A stretch of 58,606 nt of DNA from a virus: positions 1 through 58,606 of IMG/VR virus record IMGVR_UViG_3300043478_000020; one strand, given 5' to 3'. Numbering within the stretch: the stretch's first letter is position 1; every line of letters starts with the position of its first letter. The notes beneath the pieces were generated by a model. That model was not told the origin of the DNA, made no database searches, and worked only from the letters and a program-made list of their open reading frames with translations. This document shows, piece after piece, positions 34,854 through 43,812 of the stretch. The position numbers and the translations under genes were made by a program.

Positions 34854-36070
34854 TTGCGCACAGGGGCGGTTTCTGCCTCGCCGTTCAGGACGCGCTGGTA
34901 GACTCGTAGCATGTCAGCCGTCAACAATTCGTCTGCCCGCCGATACGCCCCATCCTGGAACCTCAGATCGATAGAGTTGGCCCCGTCACACCATGCCCGA
35001 GCCGCTTCCTCGGTATCTTCGCCAAACAACACCGCAGCCTTGCCCTCTACCGAATGGAAGGTGCTGCCCGCACACAGCAATGCTGCGGCCATCGCGGCAT
35101 CATACGCATGTTCCAGGGTGGTATCTGGTTTATCTGTATAGCGAGTATTCTCATCAGCGATGGTCGGTACCCCCGACCCTGCATACACAATCCCGTTCTC
35201 CGTCACGCCTTCGGTAATCTGCCGTGCGCCATTCCCGGCCTTCCGCCACCATTCAGGGGCACCATTCGTGTGAAACAGTTCATAACTCCACCACGGGCGA
35301 ACGGGGAACTGCTGCGAACCATTTGACCCATGAGAGGATAATAGTGGGGCAGGAGCCTGAGTATAGTCACTCAGGTTGAAGATACGTCCTTGGTCATCTG
35401 CTTCGTTCGTATTCTCACTCAATTCATTGACTAATTCCAGTAACGGTCTCGGCGAACACTGGAGGGCTGCATCACACAACTTGCCCCAATGCGTGGGATC
35501 GTTGATGCCTGTATACGCGGTGAACTCTACATGAAACCCAAAATCCGCACAGAGTGACACAAAGCCAGGAATCACACTATAGTCGAGAGTCGTAAACACG
35601 CCGATGGTATCAATGCTGAACGCCGTCCATACCCGGAGCATGTTGAACCCGCAACTTCGCCACTGCACCAATTGAGAAATAATACTCTCCCCATTCTGAT
35701 ACTTTGCCAGCAGTGCAAAGGCTGACGTACCCTTGATGGTGTGATAGGTGCCATCTTCTAGCGCGAAGAACTTACCTCGTGTCACAAGATTCTGTAGTGA
35801 ACTATGCGGAGGATCAGGGGGATCAGGCGGGTCTGGAGGATCAGGTTTACGCTGAAGTGAGACGGGAATGATCCCACTCGGACTCGTATACAGCCCTTGA
35901 TACGGTTCATACTGTGCGCCTTCGACAGTTAGTAGCACACTGGTAATGACTGCTACCCCATCGCTACGAGTCGGGGTCGAGGTTAACACTCCACCGACTG
36001 TGGCTCCCTCGATGACTGGTCCCTCATTCGACCCTTCACGTACCATCACCTTGAGTTCAAAGTTGCTCAT
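34850..36070 (-). CDS. glycoside hydrolase (clan GH-A / GH5-like TIM barrel) with N-terminal beta-sandwich and (PDP)n linker
   Basis: The N-terminus resembles a carboxypeptidase-regulatory-like domain. PDPPDPPDPPDPP linker. GFNMLRVW and LVNELSEN (NE acid/base motif). Confidence 0.55.
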   Translation of the reverse strand: MSNFELKVMVREGSNEGPVIEGATVGGVLTSTPTRSDGVAVITSVLLTVEGAQYEPYQGLYTSPSGIIPVSLQRKPDPPDPPDPPDPPHSSLQNLVTRGKFFALEDGTYHTIKGTSAFALLAKYQNGESIISQLVQWRSCGFNMLRVWTAFSIDTIGVFTTLDYSVIPGFVSLCADFGFHVEFTAYTGINDPTHWGKLCDAALQCSPRPLLELVNELSENTNEADDQGRIFNLSDYTQAPAPLLSSHGSNGSQQFPVRPWWSYELFHTNGAPEWWRKAGNGARQITEGVTENGIVYAGSGVPTIADENTRYTDKPDTTLEHAYDAAMAAALLCAGSTFHSVEGKAAVLFGEDTEEAARAWCDGANSIDLRFQDGAYRRADELLTADMLRVYQRVLNGEAETAPVRK

Positions 36071-36075
36071 ATTAC

Positions 36076-36462
36076 CTACCCTTCAATTTGATTACGGATA
36101 TCCCACAGCACTGTAGCCTGACATATTGATCCTCTTTGCCCAAAATAGTCAGACAATCCTGATGCTGCTTGCAGTACTGGCAATAGTCGCTCTTGAGCGA
36201 CCCATTCAACCCACCATCCGGTATAAGCCCAATTACACGCTTCTTGATTTATAGCTTTTCGACCTTTCGCCCGACTCCAGTGTAGTCCAGTAGACCCATC
36301 ATCAAATACTTTCATTGCCTGATAGGTTTCTTCTATTGAACGCCCATGGAGACTATTTGGACGGGCAAAGAATGCTGAAAAACGTCTATCTCCTTTAGAC
36401 GAGCATTCTAAAAATGGGGGTACACCGTGTCGTATCACGATTCCTCTACCAGTACAGGCCAC
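36076..36462 (-). CDS. conserved phage protein of unknown function (ECSSKGDRRFSAFFA motif)
   Basis: ORF track entry. A GTG at 36438 overlapping the upstream stop (GTGA), with AGAGGA upstream, is the likelier start. Confidence 0.5.
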   Translation of the reverse strand: MACTGRGIVIRHGVPPFLECSSKGDRRFSAFFARPNSLHGRSIEETYQAMKVFDDGSTGLHWSRAKGRKAINQEACNWAYTGWWVEWVAQERLLPVLQAASGLSDYFGQRGSICQATVLWDIRNQIEG

Positions 36463-37619
36463 GTTGCGGTTCTGCCACGCTTTTTGTCGATTAGAAAGAG
36501 TACTTGCTTGGGTTTCTCAAAATCAGCCTTGATAGACAGGGCGAACGCATTGTAGCCAATTAAACTACCGTTGCAGATGAAACTCCCTCCATCCCTCATT
36601 TGATGGAAGTGACCAAACACATCCAAGTCAGCGTGCCGTGCTTTCGACCACTGAGCGATGGATTTGTTAGCCGGGATGTAAATCCCCCCCACCCCGCCCC
36701 CATACTTAATCGCATGCCCATGCTGAAAGCGAATGGTCGTATCGTAAATATCCATATACGAGTGCATGCCTTCAGGCACGATGAAAGTGATCCGTTTCTC
36801 AGCCTTAAACTCAGTCGCTAGGTGGAGGTACATCAAGTACTCCAAGCTATGCCCATTCTCGGCAGCAAAACGAGTAGTCTTGGTAGTGCGAGCATGGTTG
36901 CCAGAATGGCACGGCACCACGATATTCCCCTCGAAATGCTCTAACAGAAACTGAATCCCTGAGACGATGTAGTTTTGCGCCCGTACCAGTGCATGGATAG
37001 GCTGTAACTGGCACACATCACTGCACTCTTCATGAATATCGTTGGTAATGAAATCACCCAGCAGAGCCAGAACCACTGTTGGAATTTTCACGTCTTGCTG
37101 CAATAATTTGATCAACCTGTGAGCACTCTGGAAGAACATCGTCGCCCGTTGCTTGCTGATGTCCAGGTTGTAACGATTCAGCCCGCCCACTTCCGCCCCC
37201 ACCCGTTCCTCGATGTGCCAGTCCGACGCGACGATCACGGCGGTTGCTTCGGAGGTTCCTTTGCCGTGGCGGGGCTTGATTTGAAAGGTGTTCAAGCCTT
37301 GTCCGAGTACTCCCAGTGCTCGGATGTCTTGTTCCTGCGCCTCGATGGTCTTCAGCGCCAGCTGGTACCGGCTGCGGAGTTGAGATATCTCTGCCGACAG
37401 TCGGCGTTTGTCCCGATCCTGTGTAACCGTGTTCGTAGGCTCTATTAAGGAGGAACCTTCCGAGATTGGTGTCTCGCTGGATTGTATAATCTTCTCCGAC
37501 TCGTACCGGGTTCCACGTTTGCTGCAAATCAAACACTGCTTGGACCCCCTGTGCATCTCTCCCCCACAGCGGCATCTCTTCAGTCCTATGGACATGCTGT
37601 TCCCTTCTTTGTGGCCCAA
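36435..37619 (-). CDS. calcineurin-like metallophosphoesterase (Mre11/SbcD-like nuclease) with N-terminal zinc ribbon
   Basis: Motifs VASDWH, LLGDFITND, SGNHART and GHFH. CRCGGEMHRGSKQCLIC. The track start is TTG; ATG at 37595 is more likely. Confidence 0.75.
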   Translation of the reverse strand: MGHKEGNSMSIGLKRCRCGGEMHRGSKQCLICSKRGTRYESEKIIQSSETPISEGSSLIEPTNTVTQDRDKRRLSAEISQLRSRYQLALKTIEAQEQDIRALGVLGQGLNTFQIKPRHGKGTSEATAVIVASDWHIEERVGAEVGGLNRYNLDISKQRATMFFQSAHRLIKLLQQDVKIPTVVLALLGDFITNDIHEECSDVCQLQPIHALVRAQNYIVSGIQFLLEHFEGNIVVPCHSGNHARTTKTTRFAAENGHSLEYLMYLHLATEFKAEKRITFIVPEGMHSYMDIYDTTIRFQHGHAIKYGGGVGGIYIPANKSIAQWSKARHADLDVFGHFHQMRDGGSFICNGSLIGYNAFALSIKADFEKPKQVLFLIDKKRGRTATWPVLVEES

Positions 37620-37956
37620 GTTTCGCCCGAACCTCGTCTATCAATAGCTTACGTGCTTCGTCTTTGCGGGCGTTGAAGATGTGGACTCCGCTAGATATAA
37701 ATTGCTCTTGTGCAGTCACAAGACAGTATGTTTGCCCCAGCAGCCCCCACAAGTCATTTTCTGAACGTGCTGTCCACCCGCCTCTCCATACTAGTCTACT
37801 CTGATCCTGTCTCCATCCACTCCAGTAGAGTTGAATAATTTGACCCCTTCCTACACCACTTAACCAGACAGCTTCAGTCGTGGCAGTCTCGATAGGTGCA
37901 GTTTGTAGGGGTCGTGGGGGTGGCGTACCGAAAGGTAACGCTAGTTGTTCCGCCAT
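37054..37956 (-). CDS. hypothetical protein; only the N-terminal ~110 codons (37620..37956) look protein-like
   Basis: The ORF has no stop until 37054, so it overlaps the phosphoesterase gene out of frame for ~565 nt. The overlapping part is Arg/Gly/Ser/Thr-rich and looks like off-frame sequence. Confidence 0.3.
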   Translation of the reverse strand: MAEQLALPFGTPPPRPLQTAPIETATTEAVWLSGVGRGQIIQLYWSGWRQDQSRLVWRGGWTARSENDLWGLLGQTYCLVTAQEQFISSGVHIFNARKDEARKLLIDEVRAKLGPQRREQHVHRTEEMPLWGRDAQGVQAVFDLQQTWNPVRVGEDYTIQRDTNLGRFLLNRAYEHGYTGSGQTPTVGRDISTPQPVPAGAEDHRGAGTRHPSTGSTRTRLEHLSNQAPPRQRNLRSNRRDRRVGLAHRGTGGGGSGRAESLQPGHQQATGDDVLPECSQVDQIIAARRENSNSGSGSAG

Positions 37957-38306
37957 TACTTCTTCTCATCCGGTACCGTCACCAATTCATAGGCTTTGGT
38001 CGGTCTCGTCACCATGGCTCTATTATAGATCGACAAATCTCCGCCCAAATCGATGAACTTCTCCTTGTCGAAGGTGTCGCGGGTGCCAGCCACGAGGGTG
38101 GTTTTGAAGCCTTCCAGACCAACTGAAGGCACGCCCAGGTCGTCTCGGATACCAGCAATTTTACCCTTGACAGCATCCATCTGTACCTTGATGGCATCAG
38201 CCCGTTGTTTCAGATGTTGGTACTGCCGGAACTGGGAGAGCAGTTCCTGTCGCTGCTTCACCGTTAACTCGACTTCAGTCGTTTGTGTGGTCGTGATAGT
38301 GGGCAT
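37956..38306 (-). CDS. hypothetical protein (116 aa)
   Basis: ORF track entry. Start-stop coupled on both sides. Confidence 0.55.
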   Translation of the reverse strand: MPTITTTQTTEVELTVKQRQELLSQFRQYQHLKQRADAIKVQMDAVKGKIAGIRDDLGVPSVGLEGFKTTLVAGTRDTFDKEKFIDLGGDLSIYNRAMVTRPTKAYELVTVPDEKK

Positions 38307-41065
38307 CAGAATCCTCTCATTCCTTCAGGGTTGTACCAATCCGCAATATCCTTCTGTACCATTGGGGCCATATTCCAGCCCCATTCGCCCTCGATCAGTA
38401 GGGGCACACTGAAACCTTGCGGTACCTGTGTCATGGCGCAGGTCATAAGTTCATGCAACTCCTGTTCCATACCCTCTTCACACTCAATTTTGATACAATC
38501 GTGGACTTGTAGCAGCGGCTCAATCCATCGACCGTCCTTCCAGTAGGGCACCAGGATGTCCTCGTATACGATCTTTTCGGCCTGTTTCATGATATACGTG
38601 GCCGATTCCTGAATAGGTGTAGAGAATGCGAAACGCTCTGCTTCCTCTCGCACTCTAGCGTTGTGACTGCGTATACCACCGATATACCGAATGCGCCCAC
38701 TGAGGCACCGGATGAAACCGTGTCGCCGTGCTTCGGCTTTTCGTTCCTCCATATACGCAGCGACACCTTCATATAGCGCCAGTGTCTCATCCAGCCACCG
38801 TTGTGCGGTATCTTCATCGGCGTCTACTCCATTCTTCCGAAGTTCAACAGACAGCCCCTTACACGTCATCCCCATCGGAATCCCGAAGTTAATAGCCTTG
38901 GCAGGTAGACGATGACGGTGCTTATCCTGTAGGGCAGGTTTGACCCCGAAGATGCGTTCAGCTAGTGCCGCGTGTAGGTCGATCATGCTTCCATCTGGGT
39001 TTCGCTTCTCGCCTCTAAACACAGCTAACATGATGGGGTCTTGACTGAGATGGGCTAATCCCCTGAGTTCGACCTGGGATTCGTCCCACTGGCAGATGAC
39101 GTGGGGAATGGTTCTATGCGGTAGTATTCCCGCACCAGATAGTCGTGATGCTGCTGTATGGCGTCGTCCATCAGTTGTCGTATGCGAGCCAGCAACCCAG
39201 CCTCGTTTAAAGTAGGGGGCAAACTTGCCATGTTCTGGTTGTGCCAGAACATTCGGTTCTGATGCAGCCAGTCTACCTGTAACCACTGATGTGGTTCGAA
39301 AGGTCGCATGGATTCGTCCATCAAAAGGGTATCGGTTAACAAAGTCGGGGAGTCGGTCCACGAACGTGTTCTTGAGTTTGTACGTTTCTCGATATTCCCG
39401 AACGGTAGAGATAACTGGATACTCCGGGTGTTCATGTTCCAGGGCTTCGAGTATTTTGTCATTGGTTGATCCTCTGCCAGATTCAGTCATCTTGAGGGGT
39501 TCGAGGTTCAGCTTATCAAATAGATAGGCGGCGACCTGATCCCCTGAGTTCGCGTTGAACCCTACCAGCCCAGTCGCTTCATCCAGTTCTTGACGCAGTC
39601 GATCAATCTCACTCTGAAGGACTTCCGAGAGGGTGGCGAAATGCTCAAGATCCGGGAGCAGCCCCACCTGCTGCATGCGATCGATGAAGGGGTAGGTGGC
39701 GAGTTCAAGGTCGTAGGTTCCTGACAAACCCATGCTATTGATTTGTTGACGGTATTCAGGAGCAAGCCGTGTAGTGCCATCCGCGTCCCGGCATCCGTAA
39801 TTAACGGCAACGGGTCGTTCAACATAATCAAGTGTCGCGTGGGGCAGCGGTCCAAGTCGATGGTACCCGGCAACTTGGATATCTTCAAGTTGATCAAGCC
39901 AGAGGCTGTGTGGGCGCTTAGATTGTAATACCCGCCCTGCGGCTTTGTGGAGGGGCGACTTGGGTAAGGTTGGGACTTTGCGTATCTTCCGTCCTGGGAG
40001 AACCTTCCCTTTGGCGTTGGTGTATGGGGTGGTCTGGAGTCGGATGAGTTCGGCATACTGTTTGTCCTCGTAATCTGCCTGTTCAATGTCAAACAACCAC
40101 GTCAGGTAATCTCTGGCTAGGATGTTCGCCGTATCCCCGATGATATCGGTATACTCGTCCATCTTCATGCTGCAATAGCGTAAGCAGCCAGCCTTCAAGC
40201 CTTTCGGTACTAGCTGCAACAGATACGCCATCACCATTGTGTCGTCGTATTTCAACCCACTAATGTCAATGTCCAGAACCCTGAGCATCCCGAGATCGTG
40301 AAGCGCCGAATGGAATACGAGGACAGGGCGTATTCGACGGAGATGTCTACTGAATCTTCTGAGGAGATTTCGATCATTCGCAGAAATGAGATAGCCTGTT
40401 CCCGGCTCATACGAGTACTGCACACTCCAAGGGCATCTTGTCCAGCCTTCTGTGTCGATCGAGAGTGCTGTTTCTGCATTACACCCAGCCAGGGATTGGT
40501 CGAGTGATCGGGCGTTTGTGATTTCTTCATACTGAGGTTCCTTATAGGGATCATCAAACAGCAGTCGGGGTTGAACATTTCCCTCGTAGTATTCGGCTAA
40601 CTGGTGAAATCCCGCCACGACGTGTGGACTCATTTCTGAATTATGAGCACCAATAGCCGGATGCACTACGGGAAATATCGTGACTCGCTCAGGCGGACAG
40701 GGATACTTATCACAGGTATCGGGCATCCAGAAGGGGATGCCTTCGCAAGACTCCATATCCACATCACCAAGGAAGTATCTCGTCGCCTCTCGCCCCAAGG
40801 TAATGATGATCTTCGGTAAGACTTCCTGTAGTTCAGTCTGTAGATACGGCTCACTTACCGCATAATCAGCAGAGGTATAGCTATAATCCTTCCCACCCGG
40901 CTGACGCAGTAAGCTGGTGACAAACACATCACTCCGGTCAGGAAGATCCATCCCGTTGAAGTAATGATCCAGTTCCCTCAAATCCTTGCGAAACCCTGGC
41001 TTCTCGGAGATGACCATGGTTTCACAAGGTCGAGGCCCGACACCATGGATGAGGGTATCGCTCAT
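38306..41065 (-). CDS. polA: DNA polymerase, family A, with N-terminal UDG-superfamily (SPO1-type) domain and 3-prime-5-prime exonuclease domain
   Basis: N-terminus has VISEKPGF and VVHPAIGAH (UDG family 4-like). Exo motifs are SIDTEGW, HSALHDLG and YGCRDADGT. Pol motif A is DESQVELRGLAHLSQD, motif B is RLPAKAINFGIPMGM, motif C is LLQVHDCIKIE. Confidence 0.9.
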   Translation of the reverse strand: MSDTLIHGVGPRPCETMVISEKPGFRKDLRELDHYFNGMDLPDRSDVFVTSLLRQPGGKDYSYTSADYAVSEPYLQTELQEVLPKIIITLGREATRYFLGDVDMESCEGIPFWMPDTCDKYPCPPERVTIFPVVHPAIGAHNSEMSPHVVAGFHQLAEYYEGNVQPRLLFDDPYKEPQYEEITNARSLDQSLAGCNAETALSIDTEGWTRCPWSVQYSYEPGTGYLISANDRNLLRRFSRHLRRIRPVLVFHSALHDLGMLRVLDIDISGLKYDDTMVMAYLLQLVPKGLKAGCLRYCSMKMDEYTDIIGDTANILARDYLTWLFDIEQADYEDKQYAELIRLQTTPYTNAKGKVLPGRKIRKVPTLPKSPLHKAAGRVLQSKRPHSLWLDQLEDIQVAGYHRLGPLPHATLDYVERPVAVNYGCRDADGTTRLAPEYRQQINSMGLSGTYDLELATYPFIDRMQQVGLLPDLEHFATLSEVLQSEIDRLRQELDEATGLVGFNANSGDQVAAYLFDKLNLEPLKMTESGRGSTNDKILEALEHEHPEYPVISTVREYRETYKLKNTFVDRLPDFVNRYPFDGRIHATFRTTSVVTGRLAASEPNVLAQPEHGKFAPYFKRGWVAGSHTTTDGRRHTAASRLSGAGILPHRTIPHVICQWDESQVELRGLAHLSQDPIMLAVFRGEKRNPDGSMIDLHAALAERIFGVKPALQDKHRHRLPAKAINFGIPMGMTCKGLSVELRKNGVDADEDTAQRWLDETLALYEGVAAYMEERKAEARRHGFIRCLSGRIRYIGGIRSHNARVREEAERFAFSTPIQESATYIMKQAEKIVYEDILVPYWKDGRWIEPLLQVHDCIKIECEEGMEQELHELMTCAMTQVPQGFSVPLLIEGEWGWNMAPMVQKDIADWYNPEGMRGF

Positions 41066-41382
41066 TACATGATGTTGCGGGCAAGAGGTTGCTTTGCTTG
41101 GGGTGCGTCAGAGGTCGCAGCGGTCGTATTCTCCTGCACGCCCGACACATCCTTATAGTCGTGCCATACCCTGAATCCTCGCTTGAACAACGGCATAAGT
41201 GCATCTGACACCATCGGGTGGGGAACAAAAGTCTCAAACAGCAGCACTCCAAACTCAACCGATACCCGATGGGCTTCCACCATTTCCGTATCGTCCTTCG
41301 TCTGTGACTTCTGCACCAGAAACAGCCGCAGGGCTGGAATAATCGTCAGAGGCGGCTCCGTCTCGGTATCACTATCGCTCAT
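41065..41382 (-). CDS. hypothetical protein (105 aa)
   Basis: ORF track entry. Acidic N-terminus. Confidence 0.5.
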   Translation of the reverse strand: MSDSDTETEPPLTIIPALRLFLVQKSQTKDDTEMVEAHRVSVEFGVLLFETFVPHPMVSDALMPLFKRGFRVWHDYKDVSGVQENTTAATSDAPQAKQPLARNIM

Positions 41383-42158
41383 GTAAACTCCTTCTGGATG
41401 AATGCCACAATATCCTCTGCATGTTTCAGGCCAATCCTGCGTTTACGCCCACGAGGGTCGGCAGTACAAACTTCCGCCCATTGTGGTGCACTTGCCGCTA
41501 CCGCCTTCTCCAGACTCCCAAAGTAATCCAACACTGCCTTACTCGTGAGACGCCCGATGTGCGGAAAGGTGGACAACGTCTTGCGCTGGTCGCTGATCGG
41601 CAGGATAGAGGTCGCGGTATAGATGCCCAGATGAGACTTATGCTGATCCATGTCAGTATCGGTCCAGGTCTGATACAGCGCAATGAGCGTCTGGATGCTG
41701 TCAGCCCTGCTGGTCGTCCAGTAGGGATTCATCCCGCCGCAGATATGCAGTACATTCACCCGTTTCAGCAACTCATTGACCGTCATCTGGCCTTCTAAGG
41801 GTACGAGCCGACTCAGCGCGCTACGACGAAGGAGAGTACCAGACGAATCATAGATCAACTCTCCCTCAATCATCAGATACGAGTGGTCGAACAGAGGGCG
41901 CATACCGGGCACCTGATGACCCTGCAACCGCTGTGTGCGAAGGGCCTGCACCAGTTCTCTCAGTTGTTTGAACTCAATCCCTATTTGAACAGGAGCACCC
42001 CCAACCCCTCGACCTTCAAAGGCGATATCGCCGAAATCCAGCCGCACCAGTTCGACCGGCAACCCCTGCCGACGTAAAGGTGCGGCCAGATCCTTCGAGC
42101 CATCCCGATCGTCTACTAGGATCATAGTGGGACAATCCTGTAGCCGAAGTAGCCACAT
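41379..42158 (-). CDS. ERCC4 (XPF/Mus81)-type structure-specific nuclease with C-terminal helix-hairpin-helix
   Basis: VDDRDGS, FGDIAF, IGIEFKQLRELV (ERK-like) and LMIEGE. C-terminal FPHIGRLTSKAVLDYFGSLEKA. Confidence 0.6.
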   Translation of the reverse strand: MWLLRLQDCPTMILVDDRDGSKDLAAPLRRQGLPVELVRLDFGDIAFEGRGVGGAPVQIGIEFKQLRELVQALRTQRLQGHQVPGMRPLFDHSYLMIEGELIYDSSGTLLRRSALSRLVPLEGQMTVNELLKRVNVLHICGGMNPYWTTSRADSIQTLIALYQTWTDTDMDQHKSHLGIYTATSILPISDQRKTLSTFPHIGRLTSKAVLDYFGSLEKAVAASAPQWAEVCTADPRGRKRRIGLKHAEDIVAFIQKEFT

Positions 42159-42229
42159 ATTGCCTGTAGTACCAGTCTACGATTGTCAGATGAGTAGAAG
42201 GTTCCGATCGTAGACAAGCACATGGCAAT
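42159..42229 (-). other. nested hairpin directly upstream of the ERCC4 gene start
   Basis: ATTGCC (42159..42164) pairs with GGCAAT (42224..42229), enclosing GTCTACGAT (42175..42183) paired with ATCGTAGAC (42207..42215). Confidence 0.4.
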
Positions 42230-42288
42230 AGCTGTTGCGTGTGATGTTAAAGTAATCGACTTCCGAACCGTCGTTTCCTTAATAGCCA

Positions 42289-42522
42289 TTATCGAGTCAC
42301 CAGCCCACTCCTGAGCAGTTTGATACTGGTAATGTTCATGTCAAAATCGGGGTTATCTGGAATCCCATTTAACGTCGTGTACTTGCCGAAACGATTGTAC
42401 GCTTTCTTCATCGCCCAGCGTGCCGACCGCGCCACCACGTAATACGTGGTATGCATCAAGTTCTTGGCACTCTCATCAGTGCGGTCCAGTCGAATTCCAA
42501 CCCTGTACAGTCTCATACTCAT
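42289..42522 (-). CDS. hypothetical protein (77 aa)
   Basis: Internal ATG of ORF 42289..42633, preceded by AAGGAGAA just after the upstream stop. Confidence 0.5.
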   Translation of the reverse strand: MSMRLYRVGIRLDRTDESAKNLMHTTYYVVARSARWAMKKAYNRFGKYTTLNGIPDNPDFDMNITSIKLLRSGLVTR

Positions 42523-42535
42523 ATCTGTTCTCCTT

Positions 42536-43300
42536 CTACTCCCAGTCGGTTTTTTCGGTGTCAGGAAACACGAGTGTCGCAAAGTCTGAAAAGTCACAAT
42601 ACGGAATGACTGAGTTCTGAATATCCCTTCCACCCGGCCCCCTAGCCTTTCCTATCCGCAGCTTGAACTCCTTATCCACGGGATCGAGGAAGTGCTCAAT
42701 GTTGATGTGGACGAGTTCTTCTACTTCATCCATCCCCTTGCGTTCGCGTTCGTTACCCTTCACGGCCCCCTGTGCCCCACTCTTGGGGTTCACTTTTGTG
42801 ACCCATGGCGTTCGCATACCCTGAATGATGCCAAAGTTAATATCTGTGGACTTGGGCATGTTCAGGTAGCGGCGATAGCGTTGATAGAGTTGAGGGTAGT
42901 TGCGTGGGGCGTCGTTGGGTGCCCCGAACTCCGCATATCGGAACAGTTCCCATACCTGAGTTTCTTTATCCCACACCACAGTTCTAGCAACCGTAATCGC
43001 GTGCTCAAAGTCTTCGATGAACTTATCCCGTAGCATGATGGCTTCGTCCTGATCCAGTTCTTCGGTCGGGTTCCACTCGTACTCTGCGACGTAGATGTCC
43101 TTCCCACCCTTCAGGAACGGCTCCACCACCCCCTCTAGCCCCATATCCAGGGATTGCACGACGATTGGCCCCGGCGCTCCTAACCAGAAGCTGGTCTTTA
43201 AGGTGCCGATCTCTCCGTAACTGGCGGCAATGATTCGTTGTTTCGGTGTATCCTCGGCTTTCGTAAACCTGCTGAACGGGTTCGCTGCGGCTTTTGCCAT
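42536..43300 (-). CDS. Sak4-like (AAA_24-type) RecA-fold ATPase with degenerate P-loop
   Basis: IIAASYGEIGTLKT at the N-terminus. ATG 43300 is preceded by AAAAGGA. Size and layout fit phage single-strand annealing accessory ATPases. Confidence 0.45.
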   Translation of the reverse strand: MAKAAANPFSRFTKAEDTPKQRIIAASYGEIGTLKTSFWLGAPGPIVVQSLDMGLEGVVEPFLKGGKDIYVAEYEWNPTEELDQDEAIMLRDKFIEDFEHAITVARTVVWDKETQVWELFRYAEFGAPNDAPRNYPQLYQRYRRYLNMPKSTDINFGIIQGMRTPWVTKVNPKSGAQGAVKGNERERKGMDEVEELVHINIEHFLDPVDKEFKLRIGKARGPGGRDIQNSVIPYCDFSDFATLVFPDTEKTDWE

Positions 43301-43812
43301 TCGGTTGTCCTTTTCCATGTCCATACGTCTACTGCAAAGGGAGTGCCAGTACCAAACAGCACCAGCGCGCAATCTTTGGGATACAGCCACTTGGGGTTAT
43401 CAGGCATAAACCCAATGCGCCCATTCAGAAATAACACCTTCACTCCGAACTGGTCATGAATATAATCTCGATACCAGTTACTCCCCACACTGGCGGGCAC
43501 GAGGAAGGCTATCTTACCCCCTGCGAGAGACGTTTCCAGGCATCTCGCTGCCCACGGGCCGATGTTGGTATAGGGAGGGTTCAACCAACCCCAGCCCCAG
43601 CCTGTCGCATTAAGGTAGTCGTCCCAGAAGGGAATCGTGAGTGCATTCGCAAGTTCGTCAAACCACTCTGTCGCTTTCTTATTGTGCCTATCAGCAGCAA
43701 AGTCGTAACAGAATTTGTCAATACCTAAGTAGGTTTGCACAGCACTGATGAACTCATCAGGAGTTGAGTAATCCTGCTTACTACGATGAGGCTTTTGTGC
43801 GGGCATACTCAT
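43198..43812 (-). CDS. dam: DNA N6-adenine methyltransferase (phage Dam family)
   Basis: DYSTPDEF, FAADRHN and LNPPYTNIGPW (NPPY catalytic motif). The last ~35 codons overlap the next gene and look off-frame. Confidence 0.75.
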   Translation of the reverse strand: MSMPAQKPHRSKQDYSTPDEFISAVQTYLGIDKFCYDFAADRHNKKATEWFDELANALTIPFWDDYLNATGWGWGWLNPPYTNIGPWAARCLETSLAGGKIAFLVPASVGSNWYRDYIHDQFGVKVLFLNGRIGFMPDNPKWLYPKDCALVLFGTGTPFAVDVWTWKRTTEWQKPQRTRSAGLRKPRIHRNNESLPPVTERSAP

